Assembly (NCBI GenBank): GCA_013288885.1
Contig: JABDBA010000001.1
Coordinates: 556,025-620,024 of the forward strand
Length of the DNA: 64,000 bases
Direction of reading: 5' to 3'
From: Gammaproteobacteria bacterium
GTDB taxonomy: Bacteria; Pseudomonadota; Gammaproteobacteria; JABDBA01
Part shown: positions 58,616-64,000 of the stretch, in pieces
Position numbering within the stretch: position 1 is the first letter of the stretch
How the letters are laid out: each line of letters starts with the position of its first letter
The notes under the pieces: model-generated
Database searches by the model: none
What the model saw: the letters and a program-made list of their open reading frames with translations, nothing else
What the model was told of the DNA's origin: nothing
Made by a program: the position numbers and the translations under genes

Positions 58616-60251
58616 ATGATTGATGCTGTAGTGGATAAAACTAAGCACAGCTTTAACATTACTGATAATCAACAAATAACAATTGGCGCGAATAGCAGAT
58701 TAACGCTAGTTAACTCTAAATGTCTTGCCAACAATAATATACCTGTCAAATTAAGTAAAGATTCATATGCGGTGATGAATCAATCGCATCAATTCTTAAA
58801 ATCGTATATTGATCGGCGCGTACCTGTTTACGGCATTAACACGCATTTTGGTGATCAAGTTAATTTGTTAGAGCCACATCTTAAATCCGACGAACAATCT
58901 TATTATCAGGCTATCCAAGCGCGGCAAGAAAATCTTATTCGCTCACACGCGTGCGGATTAGGAAAAATAATACCACCTGAAATAATTAAAGTAACAATGA
59001 TGTTGCGTGCACATTGTTTATCACAGGGATATTCAGGAGTTGCACCCGACCATATAGAAAAGATTTTAAATTTCTTAAATGCAGGTATAGTGCCAATTGT
59101 GCGTTGTTATGGTTCGATAGGTGCAAGTGGAGATTTAATTCCACTGGCAATGATTGCAGCCGCTGTAGTGGGTGAAGATGTAGAAGTATTATATCAAGAT
59201 AAAATAATGCGTGCTCCACAAGCCATTGCGATGGCAGGATTAAAACCATTTAAACTGCAAATGCGCGATGGTTTATCGATGATTAATGGCACTTCTTTTA
59301 TGACGGCAATAGCGAGTGTTGCACTCTATGATCTGAAACGCTTATTTCTGCAGATGATCAGCGCTATTGCAATGACGCTAGAATCTATGATGATTATTAG
59401 TAGTGGCTATCACCCATTGGTTCATCAAGTGAAACATCATGTGGGCCAAATGCGAGTCAATGAGATTATTTTGAGTTTTTGGGAGAACAGCCAATTATTA
59501 TTTAACTTAGATGAATTGCGTATAGCTAATGCCGATCAACATTCGGCAACCGGGAATAGTAATTCTGAATTAAGACCTGTGCAAGATTATTATTCGTTAC
59601 GTGCAATATCGCAAGGGTTTGGGCCCTTTTATGAAAATCTAGATCGTGCAACGGTTTGGGTAGAGAACGAGATGAATTCTGTCAATGATAATCCTATTAT
59701 CGATGCGGTTGGTAAACAAATTCATCAAGGTGCAAATTTTATGGGTTATTATATCACTGATGCTTGTGATATTTTAAAAAATGAATATTGCGCAGGCATC
59801 CACTTGGTTACATGCGTTGCTCGCAAACATGGTGCATCCGCGCAAAAATAATAATTTACCGACAAATCTTATTCAGGACCCTGGCAAATATAATGGCTTC
59901 CGTCCGATTCAATTACTTGCAGCTGCGTTAGCAGTTCAAAATCGAAAATTAGCACAATCACAACAAGCATTTATGCTGCCGACTGAGGGCGATAATCAAG
60001 ATGTAAATAGTTTGGGCACACATGCGGCATTAGATTTTCAAGAAGCAGTAGCGAATTTGGAAAGATTAACGGCCATTTTGATGTTGGCATCAACCCAAGC
60101 ACTAGAGTTTCGTGGCATCGAGAAAGCAAGCCCTAAAGCACAAGCTATTTATCAAACAGTGAGGGGATCTTCACCCACGCTAGCAGCTTGTCGTCCGATG
60201 ACCGAAGAAATGAACGCTGTTGTAGGTTTGTTGCAAGCAGAAAAAATTTGA
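58616..60251 (+). pseudogene. MIO-dependent aromatic amino acid ammonia-lyase/aminomutase, split by a 1-nt frameshift
   Basis: VYGINTHFG, GASGDL (MIO), MINGTS, QDYYSLR, NSVNDNP, GANF in ORF 58616..59851; NQDVNSLG and QALEFR in +1-frame ORF 59781..60251. Removing one A from A6 at 59776-59781 restores ...DILKMNIAQ. May be a sequencing error. Confidence 0.85.
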
Positions 60252-60272
60252 CATTGTTTTAAGGGGATTCTT

Positions 60273-61049
60273 ATGGGGCGTATGCATTTATTTGAGTTTG
60301 AAGATCAATCGTGGTGTCCTCATTTTATAAGAGAGGCCACGACAGATTTTTTATTTACGTTGTATGGTTTGATGGGAATGTACGAATCAGCTTTCGAAAA
60401 GATTGTTGAGGTATTAAATAAAACAAAATTTAATACTATAATTGATTGTTGTTCAGGTAGTGGTGGAGCGGTTCAATATTTGCGTGAGTATCTAGATAAA
60501 ATAGATAACAAGTCAACTACTATAACATTAACTGATAAATTTCCAAATATTAAATCATTTAGAGAATTAGAGGCTTCTTATCCAAATGGAATAATTGCTC
60601 ACGAAGAATCACTTGATGCAACTCAATTGCCGAAAAAGATGAAAGGCATGAGAACTTTTTTTTCTTCATTTCATCATTTTAGGCCTGAAATGGCTGTAAA
60701 AATATTACAAAATGCAGTTAATGCTGATGCACCTATAGGAATTTTCGAGTGTACAAGGCGTCATCCCCTCGAATTTCTGACAGTTTTGTTTAATCCTATT
60801 GTAACATTGTTAGTATTGCCTTTTTCTAAAAAACTAAATTGGTCGAAATTTTTATTTACTTATCTTATCCCAATTACACCATTTACAACAATGTGGGACT
60901 ATTTTGCGTCGAATATGAGGACTTATTCGCCAAAGGAATTAAACGAATTAATATCTAATTTAGATGCTCCAAATTATCAATGGGAGATTGGCAAAATAAA
61001 ATCAAAGAGGGGCAACTGTATTGTAACTTATTTAATTGGTTATAAGTGA
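60273..61049 (+). CDS. Class I SAM-dependent methyltransferase-like protein
   Basis: IIDCCSGSGG SAM-binding-like motif, LTDKFP, LDAT, FFSSFHHF, IGIFE. Confidence 0.7.
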   Translation: MGRMHLFEFEDQSWCPHFIREATTDFLFTLYGLMGMYESAFEKIVEVLNKTKFNTIIDCCSGSGGAVQYLREYLDKIDNKSTTITLTDKFPNIKSFRELEASYPNGIIAHEESLDATQLPKKMKGMRTFFSSFHHFRPEMAVKILQNAVNADAPIGIFECTRRHPLEFLTVLFNPIVTLLVLPFSKKLNWSKFLFTYLIPITPFTTMWDYFASNMRTYSPKELNELISNLDAPNYQWEIGKIKSKRGNCIVTYLIGYK

Positions 61050-61055
61050 TTTTGA

Positions 61056-61913
61056 GTGCTGACTATGCTTGGATATTTATTTCCTGGACAAGGTTCACAA
61101 ATATGCGGAATGGGTAATACTCTGTTTGATGAATTTGCTGAAATTAGTGCTCAAGCGGATGAGATCTTAGGTTACTCCATAAAGAACTTGTGTTTACACG
61201 ATCCATTACAACAATTAAACCAAACTGAATACACACAGCCAGCTTTGTATATAGTTAATGCCATCACTTATTTTAAAAAACTAAAAGATACTCGTTTAAA
61301 GCCAGATTATGTTGCTGGCCACAGTCTGGGTGAATATAATGCATTACTAGCAGCGGAAGTTTTTGATTTTCAAACCGGTTTGCAACTGGTAAAAAAACGC
61401 GGTGAACTTATGAGCCAAGCTACGAATGGGGCTATGGCTGCTATCGTGGGTTTAACCAGCATGGAAATTAAACAATTGTTAGAAGATAATCATTTAACTG
61501 ATATTACTATTGCTAATTACAATTCATATAAGCAATCGGTAATTTCGGGTATAAAAAACGATATCGATCAATCACGTCAAATATTTGAAAAAATAAAAGA
61601 AGTCTCTTTTATCTCACTTAAAGCCAGTGGCGCTTTTCACTCACCTTATATGCTATCGGCACAACAGGAATTTGCTGAATTTTTAAAGGAATTTGAATTT
61701 TCTGTTCCAACAATCCCGGTACTAGCCAATATTGATGCTGATTTTTATCATCCTGCCGCCATGCGATCAAACATGAGTCAGCAAATCACACATTCTGTAC
61801 GATGGATTGATACTGTTGAATATTTGCTCAGCCAAAGTAATGTAGTATTTGAAGAAATAGGGCCGGGGAATGTATTAACTGGGATTATCCGTCGAATAAA
61901 AAATGGTCAATAG
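61056..61913 (+). CDS. Stand-alone malonyl-CoA:ACP transacylase (trans-AT)
   Basis: FPGQGSQ, TQPALY, GHSLGEY, R, GAM, NYNS, SGAFHS (malonyl-type), EIGPG.VL; next to the AT-less PKS. Confidence 0.95.
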   Translation: MLTMLGYLFPGQGSQICGMGNTLFDEFAEISAQADEILGYSIKNLCLHDPLQQLNQTEYTQPALYIVNAITYFKKLKDTRLKPDYVAGHSLGEYNALLAAEVFDFQTGLQLVKKRGELMSQATNGAMAAIVGLTSMEIKQLLEDNHLTDITIANYNSYKQSVISGIKNDIDQSRQIFEKIKEVSFISLKASGAFHSPYMLSAQQEFAEFLKEFEFSVPTIPVLANIDADFYHPAAMRSNMSQQITHSVRWIDTVEYLLSQSNVVFEEIGPGNVLTGIIRRIKNGQ

Positions 61914-62026
61914 TCTTACTTGTCTCTTTTGGTCATTCCATTTACGCATTATACTGGCGAAGTTTCAGTCTATTTGCTACATTTAAGTTATAATCATAAC
62001 AAATAAGACTGAGGGATTAGGAACGC

Positions 62027-64000
62027 ATGGGTAATAAAATCAAATCGGATAAATTTGCCGAAGCTATTCCTCTGAGTGCTAGTGAACTAGCAGAAATTGA
62101 TCAGAAGGTGACTTTGGAACTCAATAATTCCCAAATCCAAATGATCCGGGTGGGTAGTATTGCAAATACCATTTCTGTTATCTTTACCATCTACATGTTA
62201 TATGGCCATACAAAATTATCTTTATTATTAAGTTGGTTTGTAGCTGTTGCTGTAATGAATATAATTAATATTAGTTTTTCGCTCTATTACAAGCATTGTA
62301 ATGTTGCTGCTGATGACCTTAAACCTTGGCGTAATGTCTACCATGTAATTATGGTATTACTATGTTTAACGTTTGGTTGTGGGGCTATTTTATATACATC
62401 AAATGACACTCATCTTCAAATATTTATACTTGCTTTTTTATTGTTTTCGTTAGTAGCTTTTGGATTTGGTACAATTACCGATTTTATTGCATCCGCTATT
62501 TGCATAGTTTGTTTATTAATCCCATACCTCAGCTTTCATATATATGTAGGAATTCAATCGATACAAACTACTGGTGGCGACGCTAACCTGGATGTGGGGA
62601 TTAGCGGGGCATTATTTCTTTTAGGTATTTTTATGTTAGTTACATCTTACATTGGTTATGTACTAATTAAAAAATCATTCAGGCTCAGCTTCATCAACGT
62701 CGCCCTCAGCAAAAAACTCGAAAGCGCTAATAAATTTCTTGAAATCCGCGTGCAAGAGCGTACAGCTGAGTTGCAAGAGTCTTTAAAGAAAGTGACTTAT
62801 CAGGCTACGCATGATTTGTTGACGGAGCTGCCGAATCGACGTTTATTGTTTGAATATATGAAGATGGCGGTTAAAACGGCTAATCAAAATAAAAGCATGT
62901 TTGCAGTGGCGTTTTTCTCGTTAAATGAAATTGAAAAAATTAATGATGCACTGGGTCATCAAGCGGGTGAGCAAGTGATCCAGACGATCGCGCAACGTTT
63001 TAAAGCATTTTGCGAAAGTACAACGAGTGATAATCCAAAAGATGTGCATTATACCGTGACGCTTTCTCGTCGCGATGAGTTTGTCATTTTGTTGGAGCCT
63101 ATTGCGCAGTTAGACGAGGTGGAAGCTAAAGCAGAGCTTTTATTTTCGGTGCTCGATGAATCGGTGAATACGCAAAATCAAGCATTAAAATTAACAGCAA
63201 GTGTGGGCGTGAGTGTTTATCCTAATCATGGCACAGAAATCAGAACTTTATTTATGAACGCCGATGCGGCTAGATTAAGCAAAAAAATCGGCGGTAATAC
63301 CTTGAGTGTTTATAAAGCAGAAGTGAATGCAGATCTGTATAAGCAATTAGAACTGGAATGCGATTTACATACTGCGGTAAAAAACAATGAATTTATTTTG
63401 CAGTACCAACCCTTTGTTGATTTAAAAACCGGCCAAATTTGTGGCATGGAAGCATTGGTGCGTTGGATACATCCCACCCTTGGGTTCATTCCACCGCTTG
63501 AGTTTATTCAATTGGCAGAATCGAATGGCGTTATTATTCCATTGGGCGAGTGGGTATTACGTACAGCGTGTATGCAAACCAAAGTTTGGCATGATCAAGG
63601 GTTTACTACGTTAAAAGTTTCAGTCAATTTATCATCACGCCAGTTGCGGCAAAAAAATATTGTCGGTGTTATTAGTGGCATATTACAAGAAACGGGTCTT
63701 GGGGCTGAATTCGTCGAGTTAGAATTGACTGAATCAGAAGCATTTAAAGACGATGTAATTCCTTATTTACAACAATTAATAGCGATGGGATTAGGGTTAT
63801 CGATTGATGACTTTGGTACAGGTTATTCTGGTTTAACGAATCTTAAGTTATTGACTATTAGCAAATTAAAAATTGATAAGTCCTTTATCGATGACGTAGA
63901 AACGAGTAGTGATTGCCAAGCGATTGTGCAAAACACGATTACTCTAGCAAAAAGCTTGGATATAACCGTGTTAGCAGAAGGTGTTGAGCATAAAGAGCAA
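62027..64000 (+). CDS. Partial (runs off window end) membrane GGDEF(degenerate)-EAL c-di-GMP phosphodiesterase
   Basis: Not in the ORF track. From ATG 62027 (MGNKIKSDKF): TM helices, HDLLTELPNRR, degenerate FFSLNE and SRRDEF, intact EALVRW, VNLS, ELTES, IDDFGTGYS, KIDKSF, AEGVE. Confidence 0.92.
   Translation, partial: MGNKIKSDKFAEAIPLSASELAEIDQKVTLELNNSQIQMIRVGSIANTISVIFTIYMLYGHTKLSLLLSWFVAVAVMNIINISFSLYYKHCNVAADDLKPWRNVYHVIMVLLCLTFGCGAILYTSNDTHLQIFILAFLLFSLVAFGFGTITDFIASAICIVCLLIPYLSFHIYVGIQSIQTTGGDANLDVGISGALFLLGIFMLVTSYIGYVLIKKSFRLSFINVALSKKLESANKFLEIRVQERTAELQESLKKVTYQATHDLLTELPNRRLLFEYMKMAVKTANQNKSMFAVAFFSLNEIEKINDALGHQAGEQVIQTIAQRFKAFCESTTSDNPKDVHYTVTLSRRDEFVILLEPIAQLDEVEAKAELLFSVLDESVNTQNQALKLTASVGVSVYPNHGTEIRTLFMNADAARLSKKIGGNTLSVYKAEVNADLYKQLELECDLHTAVKNNEFILQYQPFVDLKTGQICGMEALVRWIHPTLGFIPPLEFIQLAESNGVIIPLGEWVLRTACMQTKVWHDQGFTTLKVSVNLSSRQLRQKNIVGVISGILQETGLGAEFVELELTESEAFKDDVIPYLQQLIAMGLGLSIDDFGTGYSGLTNLKLLTISKLKIDKSFIDDVETSSDCQAIVQNTITLAKSLDITVLAEGVEHKEQ

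Noticed and set aside
2314-59249. Numerous short ORFs nested in or antisense to confident genes (e.g. 2314..2709, 16381..16839, 27995..28462, 43545..43958, 53570..53827)
   Set aside because: They lie within or largely overlap well-supported genes and show no RBS or family motifs.
59772-59781. Programmed -1 frameshift at T_TTA_AAA
   Set aside because: The downstream half is in the +1 frame, so a -1 slip would not join the halves.
58616-60251. hutH histidine utilisation gene
   Set aside because: No hutU/I/G nearby, lacks the NQED motif, and lies in a PKS cluster.

Overview
AT-rich gammaproteobacterial chromosomal segment, most likely Legionellales/Coxiellaceae-like. This is inferred from gene content, effector-like orphan ORFs and a PmrA-type box; no marker gene proves it. 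Housekeeping and accessory genes: MFS and DMT transporters, mpg, pyrD, cybB with four yceI, a cNMP-patatin, vapBC, a CPA1 antiporter, birA-bioDCFB/bioA, GGDEF/EAL proteins, osmC-acnA, an AmpC-like hydrolase, a tandem TPR-glycosyltransferase, two luxR genes and fadL. No rRNA, tRNA, CRISPR or transposase was found. Main findings: (1) Two distant paralogous ATPase-wHTH-PD-(D/E)XK nuclease genes each sit behind the same cis-architecture of two 17-7-17 bp inverted-repeat pairs wrapped around a sigma70 promoter, with paralog-specific arm sequences. (2) An ~18 kb trans-AT PKS cluster with a MIO ammonia-lyase/aminomutase (frameshifted in an A6 run) whose module logic predicts a shortened legioliulin-like styryl-8-hydroxyisocoumarin. 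(3) An ERIC/RPE-like palindromic element inserted in frame into a yceI gene. (4) Several effector candidates and small gene remnants missed by the ORF track. All calls are by eye from motifs; no database searches were run.
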